Assembly: GCA_000934665.2 (NCBI GenBank)
Contig: KZ538099.1
Coordinates: 62,001-125,799, forward strand
From: Catajapyx aquilonaris
Lineage: Eukaryota
DNA: 63,799 bases
Reading direction: 5' to 3'
Position numbers and translations under genes: made by a program. This document shows, one piece after another, positions 51,201 to 61,458 of the stretch (its first letter is position 1; each line of letters begins with the position of its first letter). The notes under the pieces are model-generated. The model was not told the DNA's origin and ran no database searches. It saw only the letters and a program-made list of their open reading frames with translations.

Positions 51201-54200
51201 TTGGGCTTGTCATGTGATATTATAGTTTGTGTGTGCAATGGGGTAGTATGAGCGTCGGTTTGGTTTAGGGTGGGGTGAGGCGCGGTTAGAGGAGGGTTGG
51301 CGGGTAGTGGGAGGTTTGGGGGGGTCGCGTGTCAGAGTACGTATTCTCCGCCTCGCAATCGATACGAGCTCTCGGAGCAATGCCCTCCGCTTTAAACATT
51401 GCAGTTGAGATAGCTTATATCATTTCCTTTTTATCACTATATTTTTTTTAGCTAGCGGCTCGTACCTGTGTTGGGGGGGCAGATTCATTTGTGTAATCAT
51501 GACTAATCTGGAGGAACATTGTAGAAAAAGAGTAACCCCGGAAGGCTCGGTGCGCTATTGGGCGCTTGAAAAGGTCATACATTTGGCAGGGTTCGCCGAC
51601 TGATCTGGTTTGACAAAGAAGTCGGGTCAGTTTCCCATCTTTATATATGCAGGCCTGAACCAACACGATATTAATCGGGTGTGCTATGCAAGCCGGGCCT
51701 CAGTCTGAGGTGTTCCGGGCACAGGTCGAGGTTCCCTGCCCTTCGAGATGGATCCGGACCAAAAGTGAGTGACAGTACTGTGTATATACAGGGTACCTTA
51801 CCCGAATATTTTTGGGGGGAGGGTTTGGATCAATGTGGATGATGTATGTTTCCTGCCGTGATGTGCCCTTTCACATGCGTTGACATGTTTATAGGCATAG
51901 GGTGGAATCGGAGTTACCTACTTTTTTTTTCGATCGCCGCCTGCAGGGTTTACTGACCCTTTACTTTAGTCCGCCGCTTCCCTAGAGATGGAACTAGGAT
52001 GTGATAGAGAGAGAGAAAAAAAAACGGAAATCGATTCCAGGTCGAGAGTTTTTGGCCTCTTCCATTCTGCTGCTGAAGGTGTGAATGCCCCATCTAGAAA
52101 TTCTGGATAAATGAAAGGTGCATTGGCCATTTTTTGAGATGAGTGACTAACCCTTTCTTTCTTTATATTTTTATAGGGTGGAAAGCACATCCCTCCAGTT
52201 TCCTTCCATGGTCCACCAGCAACGGCCGCTGGACCTACTGTTCAAGAATGTCAACGTTTCCATCAACAAGAAGAGGATTTTGCGGGATATCAGCGGAGTC
52301 GTGCGACCAGGAGAAATGCTGGCTGTTATGGGACCCAGTGGTGAGTGCAGGTTTTTCAAAAAAATAAAAAATAAAAAATCGAGAGCGGTTTTTAGCTATC
52401 GGGCCTTTGACATTTCGGACGCGGTCAGATTTGTAAACCGTTCTGCAAACATTCGCTATTTTAGGAGGAGTATTGCTCTCAAAAACGATAACAAATTTTT
52501 TATAACATTACTGTAAAAAGATGAGTGACGTTCACTTTACTGCGTTGCTCTGAGTGGCTGTTTCATGAAACGTAGTGTCCAACCCTTTTTTGGGGGGAGA
52601 TATTTCGTTTTTATAGCGTAGGTTTGTGCTTTTAGTGAGCAAATTTTTGGAGCGATCCCTCTTTAACACCTGCAAAGGGGATCCGGCCTGCAAAAATATG
52701 GGCTATATTATTGAATTTCAATGGTCGAATTAGATGAGTCAGTTCGGCCTAATATTAGCAGCCAATTATTTTGATTACTAAAAGTATAGGTATTCCAAAG
52801 TATAAATACTTAAGCAGCTTAGCGGAGCCATTGGAACACCCTCTACGTCTACAGCGTGTGTCAAACATAAAATGTCGTCTTGCCAAAATTAGCCAAAGAT
52901 TTTGAAGGTCGATATGTCACGTCAAGGGCGTGTTTGACAGAAATTACTATCAGTACACCAACATTATCAAGTTTGCTACTTGAATGAAAATCACATTAAA
53001 TTTAATGGAAATCCGGCCTAATGGCTACGCTATTAATGATCCAGGCTGGTGGTGATTGATTTCGTCATCGAGTAAAATGTTGCAGGGAATTGCCAATCAT
53101 AACCTACAAAATACAGTTCATTGCACCTGAAGGTATCACAAATTATGCAATTAATCGTCTGGATTAATTCCCAAGTTAAACGGTTTAAGTTTGACGACTC
53201 ATTACGTGTCTCATGCTTCCTTGGAGCAATCTAACGGCGTGGCAATGAATTGGCAATAATTTACAAAATAATAATAATAATAAACGGCTTCCCCTCACCC
53301 ATTAATTTACAGGCACACGTTCGCTATAATTATATACCCGACATCGAAGGCTATAGCAATGCACGAGAGACGTCTGTTTATTTACGACTTATCGTGTCCC
53401 AGATCGGCGTAGAAGTCATATTGACCGATAAGGCTGGCATGTGATGAACTATGTTTGTATTTATTTCGTCAATGCTTTTATATGCACTTTTTTATATTTG
53501 GAAAGGTACAATAGTTGGGTCCGGTTCAAGAATGTCGCAACCGGATTTTTTTTTTTTGCAAGTCACCGTGCCATTCTCCGCTTAGCTGCTCGTACTGAAA
53601 ATGCTCTAATGATTTGGAAGAGTGGCAAGCAAGGCGGAGGTGCCAAACAGTATTGAACACCTCCGTTATACATTGGTTAGTTGGCCACTAAAATTCATGC
53701 CATCAGAACGAATTTACCAAGGAACGAAGAGAATTTATTATTTCCTTATTGAGAAGCCGGCTCATTAATTCAACGAAGAAAATACATGCTGCTTCGACCC
53801 ATTTCCACCCCGAAATTCATTCTGGAAGGGGGCAATTTCACGTCTTGTTGGCGAAAAACTAACAAAACTGGTCCCTACTAAAAAAAAGTTTCGCCCCCGC
53901 CATCGTTTTGTTGTTGTGCAAAATCGCACATGAACGGTTTAGCCCACGCTGCCATTTTGTGGCCCGGTCCTTGTATTTGGGGGGTGGAGACCCCGTCGCA
54001 CCAACCGGTTTAGCAGATGGGGGATCTCTTATTTAGGGTTTAACAATTATTTTTTAAATTGTCACTTAAAAGACGTTCTCTGATGATGCATTAATTTTTT
54101 ACACGTATTATAATCAGCGAACGATTTGTCGTAAATGTTCGTCACAATGTCACGGTCCGTCACGCTGACCAGATTTTTCTTATGCAATTTTGATGCACAC

Positions 54201-57200
54201 GGGTGTTACATGTTGCATGCTATGTTGCAAAAAAAGGGTCCGTAAATCCGGTATCGCGACGGGGGGTACGCACGTGTTATATTATTAAATGTGCAAAAAG
54301 CACTGTTATGTAGGTGACCTTATTTTCACCGGCCTCTTGCTGCAGCCAGCTACTTGCATGTGTACGTGACGAACACCACACATGACTGGCCCAAATCGAG
54401 GGTATAGGTTCCAAAATGGATATGAAATAACAGCCCCTGCACAAAATTTCGGGAGGCTGAAACGGCACGTCCGAATTACGTGAAGCCAGTTTCGCAATAT
54501 ATATAGAAAAAAAAAATCCGCAATGCCGTTGACCCAGCCAAATGTTTGCTTGGAAATATACGAGACTGCCAGTATTGTATGCATAGAGCAGGATATAATC
54601 ATGTAAGCGACATGACAGCTCCAGTGTCGATAGCGATTGATGACAAGGCTATAATAAGCTGTGAAATATTTTGGCACTTGCAATAATTTTGATAGAGAAA
54701 GGATTTTTTTATTGCATGTACCTCAGCTTGTTGTGGACACTCCTTACCATACAGATGGGCATTTTTTTTGTCGGAGCCAACCGGACCGAACTTACCAGTC
54801 AGTTTTGCATAGGGAACCATCCTCGTTAAAGGTCGTATGTGCTGGGCTCCAGGGTCGTGTCGCCTGTTCATAGTAAGAGCCCTGTTCTAATGGAAGGAAT
54901 TGGATTTACCTTGTCATTAGTAGATTGTGGGATGCCGGGCAAGGTCAAAGTGACGGCGTCTTCATTGGCTCACAAAGCATCTTGGAGCTTAGCCAAAATA
55001 AAAGAGAAGCAGCACCCATCCTAACCGCTAAGCCTGGGATTAAAAGGAGCGTTTTGTGCATGTAATCACCCCGGGAATAATTAACCAGTGAGAGCAATCG
55101 TCACTAACGATGCAGTGCAAGGTCGTCCCTTTTTCCTGAACCCAATAAAAATTCTGGGGCCCGTATTATTGAAAGATGCGCCAGATATTTTAATTGGCCA
55201 TTCCAAAAAAAAAAAAAAATTTGAGCGCGTATTGATAACACTAGTCGTAAAAAGGATTTGCATATTGAGCCAGCAATTTGTGTGACGTCATACCTTGCTA
55301 ATTGGCTGCCTAATCGCGAAACGCTCCGTCGAATCCTCTCGACGTTTATAGCGAGCATGAAAATTGGCAAATATTTCGTGGATCATATATAGTTTTCTTC
55401 AAGTACATGATTTGGTAAAAGTCAAGGCCCTTGACAATGAATTCGGTGTCAAAGTTGCGAACTGTTGCAAGGTTGGTGGATTAACTTTCATGAGACGGCG
55501 AATTATTGGCAGATGGTTGGACAGACAATGACTGCCGCCTTTTTCTCATGGGTTGCTGTGCCTGATTAGAGCGGCAGATAGTGTACGAAAAAAAAGGTAG
55601 TGTGACGATTAGCATCTTGGGAAGGTTGTGCGTCGGGGGCATCAGCGACTTGCTCCCTGATTTATGTGACACATACGTTTAGTGGTCATAGGATGACACT
55701 GCCAGGATTGTGTGTTTTAAACATTTTTTTTGCACCATAGAAAACGGCACATTCGGTCGCCTAATTGGCGAGTCCAAATCAGGGACAAACGCATGCAGGA
55801 AACTGGTATATGTACAGTGTAAGTACATGGACCTTTGGGCCAGAGGAGGTCGAGGTCCTTGTGATTGTCGGCTGTTTAGAGGCGGAAAAGACAGTCTAAT
55901 TCATCAGCCTTGGAGTGACGCAGATATGTGAAACATGACGATTGCGATGCAGCTCATACTGCCTGTTGGGGAGTGACATACCAGCACGAGGATTAAAAAA
56001 AAAACTCATATGTTTACCTTTTTGCTAAGGTGGCAAGGCAGTTCAATATATTCAAGTTGACTCCTTTCCCACTCAGCTGCAAAAAGGCAAAGGCAGTCGT
56101 TGACTCCCGCAATGCAGCAAGTAGGGCCTGGCCCTTTCTGAGGAGAAGCCGGTGGAATAAATGCATGGGCAAACGTCTCGATGTTCATGTCAAGTCCTAC
56201 GAAGATTGTCGTCAGCAGCAAACGGTGGGAATGGAGCGAACTCTCGGACTCAAAGGAAGTCGCCAATCGTTTTGTCCCCGCCGAATAATATATGCCGGCC
56301 TCTTCATATGTTAGGCCAATAACACATGACTCGGAAGCCAGTCGATGCACTTTGTGTTGCAAAATATTCATATAGCGCCACTGTTGATTCACATATTGTC
56401 AGGGGAACTCGCGGATTATAACTTATCTAAATTAACGGTGTATATTAAAAATCTGATTTTTTTTACAGGGTGTGGAAAGACGACTCTGCTCAACGCTTTA
56501 GCAGGTAGAATCAAAACGGACTCTGGAAGCATTAAGCTGAACGGAGAAGCCCTGAGTAAAAAACTCCGGAGGAAAATCTGCTACGTACTCCAGCAAGACA
56601 TTTTCTTCTCGGATCTCACCTTACGCCAAACACTGCTGGTAAGTGGGGCCTGTTTCTTTCCTTTTTTTTGTTGTTGCTCGTAGTACACAGCCGCCAGTTT
56701 GGCTCATCTACGGCTAAGGAAGCAAAGTGAAAGTTGAAGAATGAAATAATCAAAAGTAGGCCAGTTCGGCTGAACCTGTGTGTGCGTGTGTGTGTGACGC
56801 ATATAATATTTTTTGTAGTAAGGGAAAAGGGAAGGGTTAGTCCCTTCGGGGCTTATTTTGTCCATTTCTACGGTAAATACATTACACAAGAGTTGCATTG
56901 TTTGCCTTTCATTTTGTGGGCCGATTGCATGTACCGGCTTTTCGATTGCGATGTAATAATCAAAGTGATTTAACCTTGCAGTACACCGCCTTACTGCGCC
57001 TGCCAGACAGTTTGTCCTATGCAGAGAAGGTGCAACACGTCGACCACCTCATTGACCTCCTGGACCTTCGGAGGTGTCAGGACACCAGTAAGCATATGCA
57101 AACTATGATTTATAGCCATAGACATATTTGGGCGGCCCCGGATTTTACCTGAGATTGGGCGTAGGCCAGCGTACCTTAGTAAATATATTGTTTTCAAGGT

Positions 57201-60200
57201 GACACCGAGCGATGTCACCTTCTATCGACACTTGAGAATCATCGGTGCGCATCGAGCATGACTGCAAAATGCACGGAATTTTGCAAGGGGTCGCAGGTGA
57301 CTCCTAGGAGCCTTGAAAAGGAAAGGTCTTCGACCTTGGGTCCCTCCTGACCTTGTGCGATTCAATATCCACGAGGAGGAAAGAGAAAGAACGAGCCAGA
57401 GGATGGGAGGGAGGTGGGGAGGAGGGAGAGAGAGAAAAAAATGGCATGTTGGCCTTGAGACGAGTGACATTGACCTCAGGCCAAAATAGGGGTTGCTGCT
57501 GCACTTTTGCAAGCCAAGCAAAAGCTTGGTCGGCTATTGAAGGCCACGATGCGTCCTCTTCAAACTGAGCCAGGGTTCGAAGCCCATTGTGCTGTGCAGA
57601 TAAAAAAACAGCAAAAAAAACAGCCGGATATCAATATTCACACATCCTTCATGTCAGTACACTGACATACGTTTTTTTGCATGTCGCACGTGTTGGAGAG
57701 TCGTGTAGCAAGTATTCAGTTCGTGTTATTTGCGGTTAATAATAGCTAGTTTTATTCAGCAGCCGCAGTCGTCAGAATGACTTTGTTTGCCTTATTTTAC
57801 CTGTTTCCTTGACTGGTAGGAAGGTATTTAACCTTTCCTTGGTGGAATGACATCCAGTGTGATAAACAAGTACTTGCAACATTTTGTTTTGTGAAAAAAA
57901 TTGGCAGTTTTATTTTTGCATTCTCGCTATTTTGCATCAGGTGGTTATTACCGCGCACATAAAGTCAGATTTTACACAGGGCCGTTGCGATTATTATTGC
58001 TTGGTTCTAGGACTCGTTAGCATTGATTCAACATTGAACTCTCACCTTGTCCATTAATATCTTCATTTCCCATCCCCGGTAAGGTCACCAGGCTGCGGGG
58101 GCCTGTCGCTGGGCCCATGGGCGCCTAATTAAACGTTAAAGGAAATGAGAGCTTTTTCCCATTGATTTCGTATAGATCCAATATTTTGCTGCGGCTTTTG
58201 GTCCTTTTGGGGTTTGGTCGAGGCTTACAATGCGTTCTATTTATTCGTAGTCATTGGAGATGTATTGAAGCGAGGCCTGTCCGGTGGAGAGAAGAAGAGA
58301 GCCAACATCGCCTGTGAGCTGCTGACCAATCCGCCTGTAATGCTTCTTGACGTAAGTGCTTTTAATCGAGGTGTGATTACCCACACTCAATGAGCTGAAA
58401 TTTGGACCCCATCCCATAAACTGGTGCCAAACTGGCTAATATCGCCTTGACTCTTTCCGATTTGGACAGGAACCAACATCTGGACTGGACTCATACACTG
58501 CCCACAACCTGATGATCACACTCAAAAAGTACGCAGAGAAGGAGAAGAAGACGGTGGTGGTCACTGTCCACCAGCCGTCCTCTCAGATCTTCTACATGTT
58601 CGACAGACTTCTGCTCCTCTGTAACGGCCAAGTAAGTGTATACAATGCCTGGACTTTACAACGATCAACACTGTTCAGGAGTTGACACAGGAATCCTTGT
58701 TGGTTTTAGACAGCGTACTTTGGCAACGTTAAGAAGGTGGTCGAGTTCTTCGACAACATGGGACTGCGAGTTGCGCCGCATTACAACCCCGCAGACTTTA
58801 TATGTGAGTATAATTATATGGATATGTATATGGTCGTCATGATATGGTGAAATTATCCCAGAGAATAACTATTTCAATGGAGGGTAGTGCACCCTGTCGA
58901 GAGTAAAGAAAATGGCCTTGCATGCTCTTATTAAGGTCAGCGTGTACTTGAAAACATAGACTAGTACCATAAGTTCATAAAAATGGTTACTTGCATATTG
59001 TAATAAGAGTAAAAAATCGACGCAAATTTCATTAGTTGTCTGTGAAAGTGACCTGATTGATTACAAAATTCTGAAAATATTGCGACGTCATCTCTTAGCT
59101 AAGAGAGTACTTTTTTTTGCTAGTGACTGTGTTGGTAAACTTGTGAACTCCTTTTTTTACAGTGGAGCAAGTGAAGGGCAGTGCAGAGGTCCAGGAGAAG
59201 ATAATCAACGCTGCCAAGGATGCCAAGAGGCTCCCAGACTACCCTCCAGAACTGACCTCGGAGTCGACCTCGTCTTCATCCTCCTCTTCCAGTGTACCTG
59301 CCAACGGAACCATTCTCATCAAGTACTTTGACCCCTTGAGGGAAGGAGCCCACTCCAATGGTAAGAAACACTGCTTTTCTGCTGGGGAACATTGGCGTTT
59401 TGTGAGGCTTGGTGCTGCACCTATCGTGTGCTTTTATGTCTTGGCTGGCCATCGGGGTTGTGCCAGATGTGGATACAAAAGTGGCACGTTGTGCTCTCAC
59501 AGGGGAAGATGGAAGGGAAGCTGAAGACACAACTGAACCTGCGCGTTTGTAATACCCATGCATGGGATTGTCACCCTCTTTTTAAAACGTCCGTCCTTTA
59601 ATCCGACATTATTTTAATTATTTTATCCTACGGCCAATACCTGCATCCCCGTGTTCTTTCATTTTTTTAATTTCGTTTATTTATTTGTTTAATTTTCTCA
59701 GGTCACATAATCCCCTCCAATTTCAACTGTGAGACCCAACTGTGGTCACAAGAAGACTCAAAGTGCTGCGGCCGAAACGGAGATTCTTCTTCTTGCCATC
59801 CGGTGGTGGCGCCAAAGTCAGTGGAGCTGCGAATCGTAGTGGACTCCCACAAAGTGCCCATGGTTTATAGCAAAGTTTGTAAGTCGATGGATGCTACGGG
59901 ATATATCATTTTTTTGGGGAAAAAAAGAAAAAAAAATAAGTGGCACGTTGACCTGAAACTTTGACCACATACATAACACGCAGACAAACAACACAGACAA
60001 GCTCGGTATTTCATGAAAGACTAGCATGTGCACTTGTTTGTGGCATCGATGAACGCAATGACTGATTATAGTACGGATAGTGATAAAATATTTTGACCCG
60101 TGCACATGAATGACACACATGCATGGCTGCCGGCAATTTACTTGAAGGTGTGACCAGGAATAGAGTGGTAACGAGCCAATTTTTGTCTCCTTGTAGTGAA

Positions 60201-61458
60201 AGAAGAAGACGCGAGTGGTAGGTCATCTTGGTCTGATGACACCCAAAGCCATGCGTCTTCAAGTGCCACAAACGCAGAGGAGGAAGGTGACTGGCGGTGG
60301 CCAACCAGCTTTTGGACACAATTTAAAGTGAGTTGTCCTATCTTAAAGTGGACCTGCAGGACACTGACCCTCGATTCCTTTTGCAGGTGTTGTCTCAAAG
60401 AAACTTCCAGGAGGCGCGTCCTCGGATGTTGTCCAAGCTCAACTGGGTGCAGACCATTGGGTTAGGGATCATCTCAGGGCTCATCTGGTTCCAGGTGGAG
60501 CGAAAAGAAGAAACCCTCTCAGACATCCAAGGCTGGATGTTCTTCTCCACCACATACTGGATGCTCTTCGCACTTTTTGGTGCACTCGCTTCATGTATGT
60601 TGATACTCTGTACCCTGCACAGGATTGCTTAATGAGAGATTGTCACTTTTAGTTCCAGCAGAGAGGGAAGTGGTGAATAAAGAGCGGCTCTCAGGAGCGT
60701 ACCGGTTGTCAGCCTATTACCTAGCCAAGATGGTGGGCGAGTTACCGCTCACCATCACGTTACCAACAGTCTACCACCTCATCTCATACCCCATGCTGGG
60801 CTTCCACAGTCCCACCACGTTTCTTACTCTACTTGGCTTCCTCTTGCTAAACACAGTGGTTGCGCAGGTTGGTACACTCTCAAATAATTTTTTTGCATAT
60901 TATGCTCATGAACAGTGTAGTGAAACTGTTCCTTTTTTCCCCCTCAGAGCGTGGGGCTGTTTGTAGGTGCGTCGTGCATGGATCTGGAGGTGTCTATAAC
61001 CATCAGCGCACTGTACACGTTAGCCACGCAGCTGTTTGGAGGCTACTTAGCAACCAACATACCCGCGTGGCTCAAGTGGATGCAGTATCTCAGCATGATT
61101 CATTATGCCTTCCAAAACATGCAGATTGTCGAGTTTTCAGAGGGACCACCAGTTAGGTACGTTGCTCTTCAGGAATCACTTAACAATAATCGCAGAAAAA
61201 AGCAAGTTCTGTGTGAAATTCCAGTTTGCAATTGACTGGGTACTGATGTTACTCTCTGTCCATAGGTGTGCGGTGAAAAACTCAAGGTTTGCAATGTGTG
61301 TGGATGGTGACAGTAAGGAGATTCCAACTGGGGCCATCTTGGAAGCTTATGGACAGCAGCTGCCCCTTTGGGCCAACACTCTAGTGCTGCTCAGTTTCCT
61401 CCTCATCTTCCGTACCCTGGGATACGTCGTTCTCCGTTACTTGAGGCGACCCAAGTAG
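21178..61458 (+). CDS. ABC transporter G-family half transporter (NBD-TMD order); from recall it resembles the arthropod CG11069-type clade. Join 21178-21272 (or 30848-30903), 52177-52340, 56469-56638, 56982-57087, 58251-58351, 58470-58631, 58710-58803, 59163-59360, 59702-59878, 60197-60327, 60387-60594, 60653-60867, 60948-61156, 61266-61458
   Basis: All introns are GT-AG with consistent phases. The CDS is 2223 nt (740 aa) with exon 1a or 2184 nt (727 aa) with exon 1b. Motifs: Walker A GPSGCGKT, Q-loop YVLQQD, signature LSGGE, Walker B/D-loop MLLDEPTSGLD, H-loop TVHQP, NPADF, and a C-terminal ABC2 membrane domain. Confidence 0.92.
21945..21985 (+). mobile_element. Solo end of the same CCGT-type MITE family as 12403-12588
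   Basis: TA|ccgtcaattagtggggtgagattgtgccaccacattttt matches that TIR. Confidence 0.65.
29588..29659 (+). pseudogene. Degenerate tRNA-like sequence (pseudo-tRNA or SINE head)
   Basis: A-box-like TGGCGAGTGG, B-box GGTTCGAATCCC, anticodon-like loop CTGTAAA and a trailing T6 run. The stems pair poorly. Confidence 0.4.
30715..30750 (+). promoter_or_regulatory. Candidate core promoter of exon 1b (TATA-like element plus Inr TCATTC)
   Basis: tatatgcaaa lies about 30 nt upstream of TCATTC (arthropod Inr consensus TCAKTY), roughly 100 nt before ATG 30848. Confidence 0.35.
30848..30903 (+). CDS. ABCG candidate alternative first coding exon 1b ([19 protein letters not shown])
   Basis: 18 codons plus AG, then donor CAG|gtatgg; phase 2 matches exon 2. 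An Inr-like TCATTC lies at 30745-30750, with a TATA-like element about 30 nt upstream of it. Confidence 0.6.
42631..42780 (+). repeat. Dispersed repeat copy 1 (Helitron/Helentron-type non-autonomous element suspected)
   Basis: Diverged reverse-complement match to 48587-48752, sharing ggctacctaac-cactttc..tactga-agt-ctgaaacttggcaca..gatgtcttacgtg..aaagtccgaaa..cccaaaattta. Confidence 0.7.
48417..48530. mobile_element. Degenerate copy of the hairpin MITE at 51052-51148
   Basis: Shares tcccactgctagttactgctaactta exactly; the right arm has decayed to taagttaggagtaactaag. Confidence 0.7.
48587..48752 (-). repeat. Dispersed repeat copy 2, inverted relative to 42631-42780
   Basis: Same shared blocks as copy 1; carries a (TATG)-like micro-repeat near its 5' end. 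Confidence 0.7.
48950..48971. repeat. (TG)n microsatellite
   Basis: Read directly. Confidence 0.85.
49965..50074. mobile_element. CAGGGTG-terminal MITE, 110 bp, TA-flanked
   Basis: TA|cagggtgagtctaaagtctgggcacacaggtaa ... ttacctgtgtccagactttataatcaccctg|TA. Confidence 0.8.
50880..51176. repeat. Degenerate AT-rich tandem repeat (ttaattttgctaatagt..ttgctta units) interrupted by the hairpin MITE
   Basis: Repeated gctaatagt and ttgcttatt motifs on both sides of 51052-51148. Confidence 0.6.
51052..51148. mobile_element. 97-bp hairpin MITE (39-bp arms, 2 mismatches, 19-nt loop)
   Basis: 51052-51090 is the reverse complement of 51110-51148; target-site duplication not resolved. Confidence 0.8.
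52177..52340 (+). CDS. ABCG exon 2 (start of NBD up to Walker A GPSG)
   Basis: Branch point TGACTAAC at 52144-52151, pyrimidine tract and tag acceptor. Encodes [54 protein letters not shown]; donor gtgagt. Confidence 0.95.
56469..56638 (+). CDS. ABCG exon 3 (Walker A GCGKTT, Q-loop)
   Basis: ttttacag acceptor, gtaagt donor; [16 protein letters not shown]...[20 protein letters not shown]. Confidence 0.96.
56982..57087 (+). CDS. ABCG exon 4
   Basis: ttgcag acceptor, gtaagc donor; [35 protein letters not shown]. Confidence 0.95.
58251..58351 (+). CDS. ABCG exon 5 (ABC signature LSGGE, Walker B)
   Basis: Absent from the ORF track; manual translation gives [34 protein letters not shown]. cgtag acceptor, gtaagt donor. 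Confidence 0.96.
58470..58631 (+). CDS. ABCG exon 6 (D-loop, H-loop)
   Basis: [54 protein letters not shown]; cag acceptor, gtaagt donor. Confidence 0.96.
58710..58803 (+). CDS. ABCG exon 7 (NPADF motif)
   Basis: [31 protein letters not shown]; ttttag acceptor, gtgagt donor. Confidence 0.95.
59163..59360 (+). CDS. ABCG exon 8 (NBD-TMD linker, Ser-rich)
   Basis: [48 protein letters not shown]...; ttttacag acceptor, gtaaga donor. Confidence 0.9.
59702..59878 (+). CDS. ABCG exon 9 (linker)
   Basis: Long pyrimidine tract ending ctcag, gtaagt donor. Open frame [27 protein letters not shown]...[18 protein letters not shown]; phase 1-1. Confidence 0.82.
60197..60327 (+). CDS. ABCG exon 10
   Basis: [43 protein letters not shown]; ttgtag acceptor, gtgagt donor. 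Confidence 0.93.
60387..60594 (+). CDS. ABCG exon 11 (TM1-TM2)
   Basis: [36 protein letters not shown]...[22 protein letters not shown]; ttgcag acceptor, gtatgt donor. Confidence 0.95.
60653..60867 (+). CDS. ABCG exon 12 (TM3-TM4)
   Basis: [38 protein letters not shown]...LLLNTVVAQ; ttttag acceptor, gttggt donor. Confidence 0.95.
60948..61156 (+). CDS. ABCG exon 13 (TM5, extracellular loop)
   Basis: [69 protein letters not shown]; ctcag acceptor, gtacgt donor. Confidence 0.95.
61266..61458 (+). CDS. ABCG exon 14 (TM6 and stop)
   Basis: [63 protein letters not shown]; catag acceptor, TAG at 61456-61458. Confidence 0.95.
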
